Assembly: GCA_011364925.1 (NCBI GenBank)
Contig: RDOA01000004.1
Span: 13,011-77,010, forward strand
Length of the DNA: 64,000 nt
From: Promethearchaeota archaeon
GTDB taxonomy: Archaea > Asgardarchaeota > Lokiarchaeia > Sigyniarchaeales > SOKP01
Direction of reading: 5' to 3'
The number at the start of each line of letters is the position of its first letter. Within the stretch, counting starts at the first letter, position 1. Below, piece by piece: positions 1 through 9,603 of this stretch. The notes under the pieces are model-generated. The model did not search any database, was not told the origin of the DNA, and saw only the letters and a program-made list of their open reading frames with translations. The position numbers were made by a program, and so were the translations under genes.

Positions 1-639
1 TCTAAAAATATCTGTTTGACCAGGACCTAGGGGACTAGTTAGAGCGGCTCCAAATTTTCTATTTGTTTCGATATCCAATGGACCTGCTGCTTCTCCCGTT
101 CTGAATATTTCTCCATTACCAAATACAACCTCCATACATAACAACGGATCCGAAATATCCCATTGCTTTTTAGCTATTAAATGGGGTTCACGGTCTAAAA
201 CAGAAGCGAGAACTGATTTTCCTGGTCTTGGGAGAAAAGGTGCTAATGGCCTAAGTCCATGCTCTTTAAGTTTGGGAATTAGTTCTGCCCATGTTACCCC
301 CGGTTCTACAACACAGACTCTATTTCTTTTATTAATGAAAGGAATTTTTTTCATATCATGTAAATCTAAAATTACCGTCCTGTCATAACAGATGGTGTCG
401 TTTAGGAATTTAGGGGAAGTCGTGCTGCTTATAATCACTACATTTATATTATTTAAAGTTCTGAAATATTGAATTAGTTTTGATATCTGGTCAGAATTCT
501 CTGGTAAAATACTTATAATTGGGGTATCGCTTGTCTTTTCTAATATTGGTTTACAATAAAGTTCTCTAAGTGAGTCTGAATCAGTAATTACTTTTTTTTT
601 ATCGATAATTTCATATAGTTTTTCAAAATTAATTGACAT
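1..639 (-). CDS. FAD-binding oxidoreductase (GlcD/FAD_binding_4-like), 3' end runs off the window
   Basis: Not in ORF track. Hand translation from ATG at 639: MSINFEKLYEIIDKKKVITD...VILDLHDMKKI...VCVVEPGVTWAEL...MEVVFGNGEIFRTG...GPGQTDIFR. VEPGVT and EVVxGNGxIxRTG fit the PCMH-type FAD-binding fold. Confidence 0.75.
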   Translation of the reverse strand, partial: MSINFEKLYEIIDKKKVITDSDSLRELYCKPILEKTSDTPIISILPENSDQISKLIQYFRTLNNINVVIISSTTSPKFLNDTICYDRTVILDLHDMKKIPFINKRNRVCVVEPGVTWAELIPKLKEHGLRPLAPFLPRPGKSVLASVLDREPHLIAKKQWDISDPLLCMEVVFGNGEIFRTGEAAGPLDIETNRKFGAALTSPLGPGQTDIFR

Positions 640-747
640 TTTAACTCATTCACTTAATTTTCCAATAAGTTTTAATTTAATTTATATGATTTATTTATAT
701 ATGCATCGTCGCATATAAATATGCATTAAAGTATATTTATCATAGTT

Positions 748-1632
748 TTGTATTTAAAGATATTGGTTGCAAAATTGAGCTCTAACGATTATAATGAAAA
801 AATTATCGATTGTCTTAACCAAAATAATTTTGGAATGACAATAATACAAATTTCAGAAGAGATAAATGGTAATAGAAATACAGTTTCTAAATACCTCAAT
901 AGGCTAGAATCAAAAGATATCGTCTATAAAAAGGAAATAGGTAAGGCATGTTTATATTTTCTTAAAGATATTGAGTCAAAAGTATTAAATTTTATAAATG
1001 AAAACCCATCAGGAGTTACAATAAAAGACATCTCATATGAATTAAAGCTAACAAGAGATTCGGTGAGAAAACATCTTATAACTCTTGAAAAACAAGATAA
1101 AATCTTTAGCACAAAATTGGGAGCATATACACTTTTTAAAAGTTCAGAAGCAAAATTTGTCCCAAAAAAATTTATGGTTTCCTTCTATAAAGCTCTCCTT
1201 AACGATTTAAAGAAAAAATTTCCGAATAACGAAAGCACATTCAAAGATATCGGACATAATATGTTTGATGATATAAAATTTCCAATTAATAAACTAATAA
1301 TAAAAAAATTGGAAGATTTTAAGACATCTCCTCTCAAACAATTACATTTTGAAGTATTCAAAGATGTATTTCCCTCTTATTATATTTTTGAACCAATCTA
1401 TATTTCAGATCCAAAAATTGACAGCTCAGGAAAGAAAGGTATTTTTAGATTTAAAAATTCAGAATTTTTAAATAATTCTGATTCTCTTTATCACTTTTAT
1501 TTAATATCGGGAATGATTGAAACAAAGATGTCAAATGATCTAGGGGTACCAATTAAATGTAATATCGAACAAATTCACATATCAGAAAAAAAAGAAAATT
1601 CTTATGTAGACATTTCTATAGAGTTCAAATGA
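748..1632 (+). CDS. Transcription regulator with two tandem winged-HTH domains and a C-terminal V4R-like ligand-binding domain
   Basis: Two repeats (GMTIIQISEEINGNRNTVSKYL..LE, GVTIKDISYELKLTRDSVRKHL..LE); C-terminal FKDIG...HFYLISGMIE pattern. True start may be slightly downstream of 748. Confidence 0.7.
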   Translation: MYLKILVAKLSSNDYNEKIIDCLNQNNFGMTIIQISEEINGNRNTVSKYLNRLESKDIVYKKEIGKACLYFLKDIESKVLNFINENPSGVTIKDISYELKLTRDSVRKHLITLEKQDKIFSTKLGAYTLFKSSEAKFVPKKFMVSFYKALLNDLKKKFPNNESTFKDIGHNMFDDIKFPINKLIIKKLEDFKTSPLKQLHFEVFKDVFPSYYIFEPIYISDPKIDSSGKKGIFRFKNSEFLNNSDSLYHFYLISGMIETKMSNDLGVPIKCNIEQIHISEKKENSYVDISIEFK

Positions 1633-1734
1633 TTCGTTTCTTATTTAGATTTTAACGAGTTATAAGATTGTTAAAAGTTTTTGGTTCTATTCAAATAAAT
1701 TTATAATATAATGAAACTTGAATAAATTTATGAT

Positions 1735-1778
1735 CTCTTCCCATGTAAGGTGAAATCGTGGGAACCTTTTGGGTAGAG
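1735..1778 (+). promoter_or_regulatory. Candidate structured 5' leader upstream of the 428-aa/aldolase-Fae operon
   Basis: GC-richer island in an AT-rich spacer with two alternative pairings (1738-1745/1757-1764, or 1735-1743/1770-1778 plus 1747-1751/1764-1768). TATA-like TTTATAATATA at about 1700-1710. Confidence 0.35.
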
Positions 1779-1825
1779 CTTAAAAATTTGGACATACTTC
1801 AAAAATTTTAAGAGAGACTGAAAAA

Positions 1826-3112
1826 ATGAACGATATAAGAAAAAAATTAGAAATCCCAAATTCGGCTTTGAATTCTATTAATCAATTTCTTTTAGATGAA
1901 ACTAACCCACTGATTAATGACTTGTTAAGTCTGTTGGATAATTATGGAGGAATAGAAACCATTAATAAAAAAGCCAAAGAAGCAAGTAAATTAGAAAATC
2001 TATTAGATAAATTGGAAAAGAAGAATCCCAGTTATGTAAAAGAAATTGAATGGTTAATCTCTGAAAGAGATAAAAAATCGTTTATTAGTGTAAAGGATTA
2101 TCGGAAGAAAATACTGGGTGAAAAATCCGAGCATGTAACTTTTGACGAGGATTTTGCTGTCACTTTAGAGCTCTCTGCGTGTCAATATTTTCCATTTTTT
2201 ATTGATATTGCGAAGGATGCAATTAAAAATCAGAAATTAGTACCCGGGAGGATAATTCGCGTAAGGAATATGAAAGAGCAGGAAGAAGATGGTGACCTGC
2301 TCGCGATGGCTGCTGCGATGCAGATTATTGGCTCCACCTGGGTAGAAACCCTTGACACGAAAGGCACAGCACCGGGTCCGGATGGAATGCCGGTAAATGT
2401 GCATCTAGGCGGTCCTGATACTATCACTGGATATTTTGGAGGCGTAGGACAACCAAATGAATACGCGCTTAAATGGGTTGATGAGTTTCTTTATTATTAT
2501 ACGAACTATGGTATCAAACAAGTTTTAAATGTGAATCCAGGAACGGTGCTATTAGGATATTTAATCTATAAGTTAGGAATTAATAACGAATTTAAAATTT
2601 CTGTGTATATGGGGAACGATAATCCCTATTCTTGCTTATGGACGCTAATGACAGCGAAATTATTTGCTCGAGAAGATGGAACCAGTCCGTTGATCGGTTT
2701 TAACTTGTCAAATTCAGTTAATAACAAAACGCTTGAACTTGCTGCTTATATACGAAAACCTTTTGGTTTCGAAGATGTTGTTAGGTTAGAGCACCATATT
2801 ACTGAATGTTGGAAAAGTATCGTGAGACAACCATACGATAGAAGGGATGAATTAGTTGAACTAGCTTCAAAAGTAAAGAATGTTAGTGCTAAACATGAGG
2901 GCGCAAATGTAGAAGTTGATAAAAATAGAGAACATCCAACTGATATCCTAGAATATTTTGCTCCTAAAAAAGATCTGATGGAAGCAGGACTTTGGGACGC
3001 CCTTCGAATTAATCATTTAGATCGAAATGATGCGGTTAATTCAACAGCTAAAGCCTTAACGGAAAAAGGCCTAACATTTATCGCAGCTAAGAATTTACAC
3101 TATTGGGAGTAA
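1826..3112 (+). CDS. Uncharacterised protein, probable enzyme, co-transcribed with the aldolase-Fae fusion
   Basis: 428-aa ORF with enzyme-like Gly/His/Glu-rich segments (LELSACQYFP, ETLDTKG, NVHLGGPDTITGYFGG, RLEHHITE, SAKHEG); 16-nt gap and GGAGG before the next gene. Confidence 0.6.
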   Translation: MNDIRKKLEIPNSALNSINQFLLDETNPLINDLLSLLDNYGGIETINKKAKEASKLENLLDKLEKKNPSYVKEIEWLISERDKKSFISVKDYRKKILGEKSEHVTFDEDFAVTLELSACQYFPFFIDIAKDAIKNQKLVPGRIIRVRNMKEQEEDGDLLAMAAAMQIIGSTWVETLDTKGTAPGPDGMPVNVHLGGPDTITGYFGGVGQPNEYALKWVDEFLYYYTNYGIKQVLNVNPGTVLLGYLIYKLGINNEFKISVYMGNDNPYSCLWTLMTAKLFAREDGTSPLIGFNLSNSVNNKTLELAAYIRKPFGFEDVVRLEHHITECWKSIVRQPYDRRDELVELASKVKNVSAKHEGANVEVDKNREHPTDILEYFAPKKDLMEAGLWDALRINHLDRNDAVNSTAKALTEKGLTFIAAKNLHYWE

Positions 3113-3128
3113 ATAGGAGGATTGTATA

Positions 3129-4619
3129 ATGGGAAAATTTGATTTTAGACCGACGGGTGTTATGCCAGCTTTAGTAACTCCCTTTAATAAGGAGGATGAA
3201 TCCATTAACGAAGAAAATCTTAGAAACTTAGTCAATTATCTCATAGAACAAGGAGTTACGGGACTTGTACCTGTAGGAACGACCGGAGAGTTCGTAAATA
3301 TGACGTTTGAAGAGCGCTTAAGAGTCTTGGAAATAGTGGTAGATGAAACAAACGGAAGAGTTCCAGTAATCGGTGGAACGGGAGAGACAGGAACTAAAGT
3401 TGTGATTGATGCAACCAAGGCGGCAACAGACATAGGCTGCGATGCCGCATTAATAGTAACCCCTTACTATTTAAAACCAAAAGCGAAGGGATTATACGAT
3501 CATTATTTCACCATAGCAGAACAAACAGACATTCCGTTAGTGTTGTACAATATTCCAGCGTGTACAGGTGTTGAATTACCGTGGACGGTCGTAGAAGATC
3601 TAGTTGACATCGAAAATATCGTAGCGATCAAAGATTCGAGCGGTGATTACAAGTATTTTTCTGCGTTATTAGAAAAAGTTAGCGACAAAATATCAGTTTT
3701 AATTGGTTGGGACGAAAACGTATTAGGTGCCTTAGCCGGTGGTGCTGCAGGATGTATCCTCGGTTCGGCAAATGTTTTTCCGAAGATATGGCTTGAAATT
3801 TACGATCATGTGAAGAATAATCGCTTAACAGAAGCTCAAGTTCTTCAGAAGAAAGTTCAAAAAATCGCTCGTATGCTTATCAATTCTGGAGCTTTAGGTG
3901 CTAAATCCTGTCTGAACATGATGGGCGTTCCAGTTGGTACAACAAGGCGTCCCATCATTTTAGGAGATGCGCTTTCGTACGAATTTCAAGATGAATTTCG
4001 CGTTGAGTTAGAAAAACTCGGATTAATCGAAAAGAAGGAGATCAAGTTTGAAATTGGTGAGAAAGAACTAACTAGTCGATTTTATGCCGTAGGAGTAACT
4101 CCTGAGAAAATCTCTGATTTTAGGCTAAAAGTTGGGGAATCGCTCGTAGGGAATAGAGCAGAGCTAGCTCATATTGACCTTCTTTTAGGAAGTAAAGGTG
4201 GACCTGTAGGTGATGCCTATGCTCGAGCGTTGACTCATCCTGCAAAAGGTCGTGAAGGATTACAAGTCATTCTCGAACCTAATATGCAGGTTAAACCCCC
4301 AACAATCATGATTCCAACAGTGAAAGTAACATCCCTCCGACACGCGAGCCTAACTTACGGTCCAGCTCAAGCAGCTGTTGCTAAAGCTGTTATGAAGTGC
4401 GTAGAAGACGGAATAATCCCTAAAGAAGCTACAGATGATATCGTAATCGTCGTGAATGTGTTTGTTCACCCTAGCGCAAGTGCTCGGAAAAGAATTTTTA
4501 TCAATAACTATAAAGCGACAAGAAATGCCATTCGAAAGGCGATGGAAGGGTTGCCTACCGTGGATGACGGTATCGAAAATGCTGAAAACGCTCGTCATCC
4601 CTTTAGGAACGATCCTTAA
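3129..4619 (+). CDS. DapA/NanA-family class I aldolase fused to formaldehyde-activating enzyme (Fae)
   Basis: N-terminal PALVTPF, GTTGEF, TPYY, LYNIP, Schiff-base IKDSSGD. From about 4125: VGESLVG..ELAHIDLLLG, KPPT, GPAQAAVAKAV, VFVHP, NYKAT, matching Fae. Confidence 0.9.
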   Translation: MGKFDFRPTGVMPALVTPFNKEDESINEENLRNLVNYLIEQGVTGLVPVGTTGEFVNMTFEERLRVLEIVVDETNGRVPVIGGTGETGTKVVIDATKAATDIGCDAALIVTPYYLKPKAKGLYDHYFTIAEQTDIPLVLYNIPACTGVELPWTVVEDLVDIENIVAIKDSSGDYKYFSALLEKVSDKISVLIGWDENVLGALAGGAAGCILGSANVFPKIWLEIYDHVKNNRLTEAQVLQKKVQKIARMLINSGALGAKSCLNMMGVPVGTTRRPIILGDALSYEFQDEFRVELEKLGLIEKKEIKFEIGEKELTSRFYAVGVTPEKISDFRLKVGESLVGNRAELAHIDLLLGSKGGPVGDAYARALTHPAKGREGLQVILEPNMQVKPPTIMIPTVKVTSLRHASLTYGPAQAAVAKAVMKCVEDGIIPKEATDDIVIVVNVFVHPSASARKRIFINNYKATRNAIRKAMEGLPTVDDGIENAENARHPFRNDP

Positions 4620-4624
4620 TCGAT

Positions 4625-5245
4625 TTATTTCTTCTTTTTTAAGAACTTTTTTTTTATTTCAACACTTTTAGTAAACAAATGAATCCCGAAATAAACCATA
4701 ATTACTCCTATCATTAACCAAAAGAACGATAGAAAAATCGGTAGTTCCCATATTGTTACAAGCAATGCAATAAACGCGATAATATTGACAAGCCCAATTG
4801 CGATTGCGATGATACCTAATATTTGATTTGCTCGTTTTTTTAAATTCTCGCTATCTATGTATATATCAGCGCTTATTAAAAATACGCCATAAACAACAAG
4901 AAAAATACCCGCTAAAGTTAACGGGAGTAAAACCAAGATTCTCAATTCATTAATCACATCAAGGCGAGAATCGGTCATTGCGTATATTGAAGAAATGATA
5001 GGAATTATTCCATCTATAATTGAAATTAAACCTGTTATTTTCACGCTTAATTTTGCTTTTATAATTAAGTAAAATGCGAAAAGTATCATAGTAAAGCTAA
5101 ACACCATTAACGGGATCGATAAGATAATCAATATTGCGTTAGAAACATGGTAATCAAAAAACATGCTCCAGATTGTTACTAATGAAATCCCTAAAAAGAT
5201 GACACCCAACGCCACTAAAAATATTCCTACGCTCTTCTTATCCAT
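4625..5245 (-). CDS. Hypothetical multi-pass membrane protein (about 6 TM)
   Basis: Six hydrophobic segments, Lys-rich C-terminus. Confidence 0.6.
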   Translation of the reverse strand: MDKKSVGIFLVALGVIFLGISLVTIWSMFFDYHVSNAILIILSIPLMVFSFTMILFAFYLIIKAKLSVKITGLISIIDGIIPIISSIYAMTDSRLDVINELRILVLLPLTLAGIFLVVYGVFLISADIYIDSENLKKRANQILGIIAIAIGLVNIIAFIALLVTIWELPIFLSFFWLMIGVIMVYFGIHLFTKSVEIKKKFLKKKK

Positions 5246-5353
5246 TTTAAAACTCTCTAAGATAATTAATTTATATTTTATTAACCTTTGAAATTTCTAG
5301 GAATAATAATTAATAGAACCATTTTAATCCTTTTATAATTGATAATCTGAACA

Positions 5354-5917
5354 TTGAAATTCTTTTCATTAGATTTTATAATTATAATCGATTTAAAATC
5401 CAAAAATTTCAAGGAGTTGAATATGATGACAGATAATATTGTTGAATTAAAGGTTGGTGATCCTGCACCCGACTTCTGTCTTCCAGATAAAGACAATAAG
5501 GAAGTATGTCTTAAAGATTTTAAAGGAAAATATATGATTGTTTACTTCTATCCTGCTGATAATACTCCTGGGTGTACCACAGAAGCAATAGGCTTTACTG
5601 ATATTTTGCCAGAATTTCAAAAACTTGACGCAATTGTACTCGGAGTTAGTCCGGATAGCCCGCAATCACACGCGAAATTTATTGAAAAGAAGAATTTGAA
5701 AGTGACTTTATTAAGCGACGAAAATAAAGATGTATTAAAAAACTATGGAGCGTGGGGTCCTAAAAAATTCAGAGGTAAATCATTTATCGGAGTGATTCGA
5801 AGCACATTTTTAGTGGATCCAGAAGGAAAAATAGCACATATTTGGCCAAAAGTAAGCGTTAATGGACATGCTGAGGAAGTAAAAACTAAACTTACCGAAT
5901 TGAAAGCTCAAAGTTAG
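5354..5917 (+). CDS. bcp: Peroxiredoxin, BCP/PrxQ family
   Basis: VGDPAPDF, YFYPADNTPGCTTEA, GVSPD, RSTFLVD. Real start probably the ATG ATG near 5423. Confidence 0.9.
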   Translation: MKFFSLDFIIIIDLKSKNFKELNMMTDNIVELKVGDPAPDFCLPDKDNKEVCLKDFKGKYMIVYFYPADNTPGCTTEAIGFTDILPEFQKLDAIVLGVSPDSPQSHAKFIEKKNLKVTLLSDENKDVLKNYGAWGPKKFRGKSFIGVIRSTFLVDPEGKIAHIWPKVSVNGHAEEVKTKLTELKAQS

Positions 5918-6169
5918 TATCAAAATAAGATAAAAAATAGATAAAATTAGATTGTTAGGTTTTTTTTGCATCTAGATTTTTATATATAATTATTTTGGTT
6001 TAAATTTTCTACTTTTTATTTTATTTATAATTTTTTAAGTTTAGATATTATAAAATTAAACGCCATTATTCAATTTCTAATAGAAATTAAGCAGTAAATT
6101 GATATTTTCTCATTTATATCCTTATCTTGAATAAGTAATTTATCACAAATTAATGAGGCGATAAAAAAG

Positions 6170-6751
6170 ATGAATGTTAAAAAGGCAATAGAGAAAAGAC
6201 GCGCTTATAGATCACTAAAACCGATTAAGATTAACGATAGTCTAATAAAAGAATTAGCACATGTTGCTCAAATCGCTCCTTCTTGTAATAATAATCAGCC
6301 ATGGCGTTTTATATTTGTATATGATAAAGTACAATTGCAAAAATTATTCACAACATTAACCAAGCATAATAATTGGATTGAAAAAACATCAATGATGATT
6401 GCTGTCTATTCAACTCCTAAGAACGATTGTATAATAAAAGAAAGAGAGTACTACTTATTTGATACTGGATTAGCAGCAGCTTTCATTATATTGAGAGCAA
6501 CAGAATTAGGACTTGTAGCACATCCCATCGCTGGATTTGATGAAGAAAAAGCAAAGGAAATATTAGATATTCCCCCAGAGATGAGATTAATTACATTCAT
6601 TAATATAGGAAAGCATTCGAAAGAAGTGAATCCCGTACTTAGTGAAAACATGAAATTGGGTGAAAAACAAAGGCCACCTCGCAAACCGCTTTCTGAATTA
6701 ATGTACATAAATAAATATGGAATCAAATTTCCTGAAAATCAAAATTCTTAA
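6170..6751 (+). CDS. Nitroreductase family protein
   Basis: IEKRRAYR, APSCNNNQPWRF, DTG..A..L.A.ELGL. Confidence 0.9.
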   Translation: MNVKKAIEKRRAYRSLKPIKINDSLIKELAHVAQIAPSCNNNQPWRFIFVYDKVQLQKLFTTLTKHNNWIEKTSMMIAVYSTPKNDCIIKEREYYLFDTGLAAAFIILRATELGLVAHPIAGFDEEKAKEILDIPPEMRLITFINIGKHSKEVNPVLSENMKLGEKQRPPRKPLSELMYINKYGIKFPENQNS

Positions 6752-6770
6752 AAAAAATTAATAAAAGGGA

Positions 6771-7337
6771 TTAAGTTTTCATTTTTTTGAGCACATATGC
6801 AAAATTTTTGCCTAGATTTTTAAATGTTCGAATTCCTTCCTCATCTTCTAATACTTCTCCCGGTTTCCTTCCAATTCCCATATTCCAGTATGTACTGCCT
6901 ACTACAATCATTTCTTTGATCAAAAAGAAATAATTTATACTCGAAAAAACTTGGTTAGAACCTGCTCTTCTAACGGCTACTACAGCAGCACCAATTTTAT
7001 TTTTCAAATGTCTAGATGTTGCAAAACCAGCACGTTCAATCAACGCCTTTGTACTCGTTGATAAGTTTGAATAATATGTTGGAGAACCAATAATTATCCC
7101 ATCAGATTCAAGCATTTTTTCAATATATTCATTCATTTTATCTCCTTTTAGAACACACCTTTGATCATCATTATCAACACATTTATAACATGCAGTACAA
7201 CCTTGTAATTTATCCATACCAATCCAAACATAATCGCAATCGATTCCTTGAGCCGTTAATTCTTCCATCACAATATTTAAGCACTGATATGTGTTTCCTT
7301 CTTTTCGGGGACTACCATTAAATAATACAACCTTCAT
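6771..7337 (-). CDS. Iron-sulfur flavoprotein (Isf)/flavodoxin family
   Basis: GSPRKEGNT, CTACYKC-x7-C cluster motif, GSPTY, RRAG. Confidence 0.85.
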   Translation of the reverse strand: MKVVLFNGSPRKEGNTYQCLNIVMEELTAQGIDCDYVWIGMDKLQGCTACYKCVDNDDQRCVLKGDKMNEYIEKMLESDGIIIGSPTYYSNLSTSTKALIERAGFATSRHLKNKIGAAVVAVRRAGSNQVFSSINYFFLIKEMIVVGSTYWNMGIGRKPGEVLEDEEGIRTFKNLGKNFAYVLKKMKT

Positions 7338-7519
7338 TTTCTTGACCCTTAGGGGTTTTTTTATTTTAACTATAGTTTCAAAATTATAATTTATAGAATA
7401 TTATAATTCTTATTTTTTATCTTTTGAATCCTATGAACTACAAAGTTTTCTTTCATGAATTATAACCATCATTTTGATATAAGTTCAATATATTTAATAT
7501 TTAGAATGGTGAAAATACA

Positions 7520-9592
7520 GTGAATAATATATCAGAGATAAAACATAATAAATTAATCAAGGAAAAGAGTCCATACTTATTACAGCACGCGGATAATCCT
7601 GTTAATTGGTATCCATGGGGAGAAGAGGCTTTTAATAAAGCCAAAAAAGAAAATAAACCAATTTTCTTATCAATAGGGTACTCTACTTGTCATTGGTGCC
7701 ATGTAATGGCACATGAAAGTTTTGAAGATCCGTATGTAGCCAAATTATTAAACGAAAGTTTTGTTTCTATTAAGGTTGATAGAGAAGAGCGTCCAGATAT
7801 AGATAAAATTTACATGATGGTGTGTCAACTTATGACTGGTTCTGGAGGGTGGCCATTAACAATTATCATGACTCCAGATAAAAAGCCTTTTTTTGCGGGA
7901 ACGTATTTTCCTAAAGAAAGTCGATTTGGGAGAATTGGTCTAATTGATTTGATAAATCGAGTAAGTAATTTATGGGTAAATGAAAATAAACAATTAATAG
8001 AATCAGGTGAAAAGGTAACATTTGCGGTGCAAGATGCAAGTTCGGAATCACCGGGTAATAGTTTAGACGAGAGAGTTTTAAAGAGAACTTATTCCCAATT
8101 GCTAGGAAGGTTCGATGAAAAAAATGGTGGTTTTGGGAATGCCCCTAAATTTCCAACTCCACACAATTTACTATTCCTATTGCGATATTGGAAAAGAACT
8201 GGCGAGAATCAAGCACTTGAAATGGTTGAAAAAACTCTTAAATATATGCGGATGGGTGGTATCTACGATCAGATTGGCTATGGATTTCACCGTTATTCAA
8301 CTGATCCTGTATGGCTTGTACCTCATTTTGAAAAAATGTTATACGATCAAGCATTATTGACTCTTGCGTACTTAGAAGCGTATCAAGCGACTGGTAAGGT
8401 CGAATATGCTAATACGGCAAGAGAAATCTTAACTTATGTTTTACGCGATATGACTTCTAACGAAGGTGGTTTTTATAGCGCTGAAGATGCCGATAGCGAA
8501 GGCGTAGAAGGAAAATTTTATGTCTGGTCAATAAGTGAAATCAAGGAAATACTCGGGGAAGAAAATGCTAAAACATTCTCTAATAATTACAATGTTGAAT
8601 TGGCTGGAAATTTTTTAGAAGAAGCAATCAAAAGAAAAACTGGTAAGAATATCCTGCATTTAAGCATAAAGGCTAACGAGGAAAAAAACTCAGATCTTGA
8701 GTTACTTAGAAGAAAATTATTTGAAGCCAGGGAAAAACGAATTAGACCTCATAAAGACGATAAAATATTAACTGATTGGAATGGGTTAATGATTGCAGCG
8801 TTTGCTAAAGCCGGTTACATTCTAGATGAACCGAAGTATATTTTCATTGCTAAAAAGGCTGTGGATTTTATCTTTAATAACATGTTGAACTCTGAAGGGC
8901 GACTTTTACACCGTTATGGCAAAGGAGGAGCTGATATCCTTGCGTTCGTTGATGACTACGCGTTTCTAATATGGGGCTTACTCAATCTTTACGAATCCTC
9001 ATTTGAAACACTATATCTTGAAAAAGCGATTAAATTGACAGAAGAACAGGATAAATTATTTTGGGATACTTCCATAGGGGCATTCTTTTTTACTGCTGAA
9101 GACGCAGAACCATTAATCGCTCGCCAAAAAGAAACGTACGACGGAGCAATCCCCTCGGGTAATTCCGTTGCAATGCTAAATTTACTAAGATTATCTCAAT
9201 TAACCGGAAATAATGATTATGAAAAGAAGGCTGATCGCTTAGGGCGAGTGTTTGCAGAAAGTGTTAAAGCTAACCCAATCGCCTATAGTTTAATGATGGT
9301 TGCCGTCGATTTTGCGGTTGGTCCAACATACTCATTAGTAATCGCAGGAGATTGGGGAAAGGAAGATACGATTTCAATGTTAAACGAAATCAGGAAACAA
9401 TTTTTACCAAATAAGGCGCTAATTTTCCGTCCTACAAACGAAAATAATCCAGAAATCGACACTTATTCTAATTTTATTCAATTTTTTGATAAGTACGAGG
9501 GAAAGGCTACAGCTTTTGTTTGTATTAATAAAACTTGCAAAGCACCAACAAACGATATAATCGAAGCCATACAATATTTAAACGCTATGTAA
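7520..9592 (+). CDS. YyaL/SPATA20-like thioredoxin-domain protein (DUF255 plus alpha-barrel)
   Basis: [53 protein letters not shown]. Confidence 0.92.
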   Translation: MNNISEIKHNKLIKEKSPYLLQHADNPVNWYPWGEEAFNKAKKENKPIFLSIGYSTCHWCHVMAHESFEDPYVAKLLNESFVSIKVDREERPDIDKIYMMVCQLMTGSGGWPLTIIMTPDKKPFFAGTYFPKESRFGRIGLIDLINRVSNLWVNENKQLIESGEKVTFAVQDASSESPGNSLDERVLKRTYSQLLGRFDEKNGGFGNAPKFPTPHNLLFLLRYWKRTGENQALEMVEKTLKYMRMGGIYDQIGYGFHRYSTDPVWLVPHFEKMLYDQALLTLAYLEAYQATGKVEYANTAREILTYVLRDMTSNEGGFYSAEDADSEGVEGKFYVWSISEIKEILGEENAKTFSNNYNVELAGNFLEEAIKRKTGKNILHLSIKANEEKNSDLELLRRKLFEAREKRIRPHKDDKILTDWNGLMIAAFAKAGYILDEPKYIFIAKKAVDFIFNNMLNSEGRLLHRYGKGGADILAFVDDYAFLIWGLLNLYESSFETLYLEKAIKLTEEQDKLFWDTSIGAFFFTAEDAEPLIARQKETYDGAIPSGNSVAMLNLLRLSQLTGNNDYEKKADRLGRVFAESVKANPIAYSLMMVAVDFAVGPTYSLVIAGDWGKEDTISMLNEIRKQFLPNKALIFRPTNENNPEIDTYSNFIQFFDKYEGKATAFVCINKTCKAPTNDIIEAIQYLNAM

Positions 9593-9603
9593 TTACAACT
9601 TCG

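Noticed and set aside
1728-1785. Eukaryote-like SECIS element (ATGA followed by a stem), downstream of a TGA-ending gene
   Set aside because: The 3' arm lacks the GA needed for the tandem G.A core, and reading through the TGA at 1630-1632 adds only ~10 residues with no redox motif.
3129-4100. Plain dapA (lysine biosynthesis) annotation
   Set aside because: Substrate-binding Arg is replaced by Cys, the domain is fused to Fae, and no dapB/asd/lysC is nearby.
5918-6169. Repeat array in the AT-rich spacer (AAAATAAGAT/AAAAATAGAT/AAAATTAGAT)
   Set aside because: Only three degenerate ~10-nt units with no spacers; consistent with low-complexity sequence, not CRISPR.
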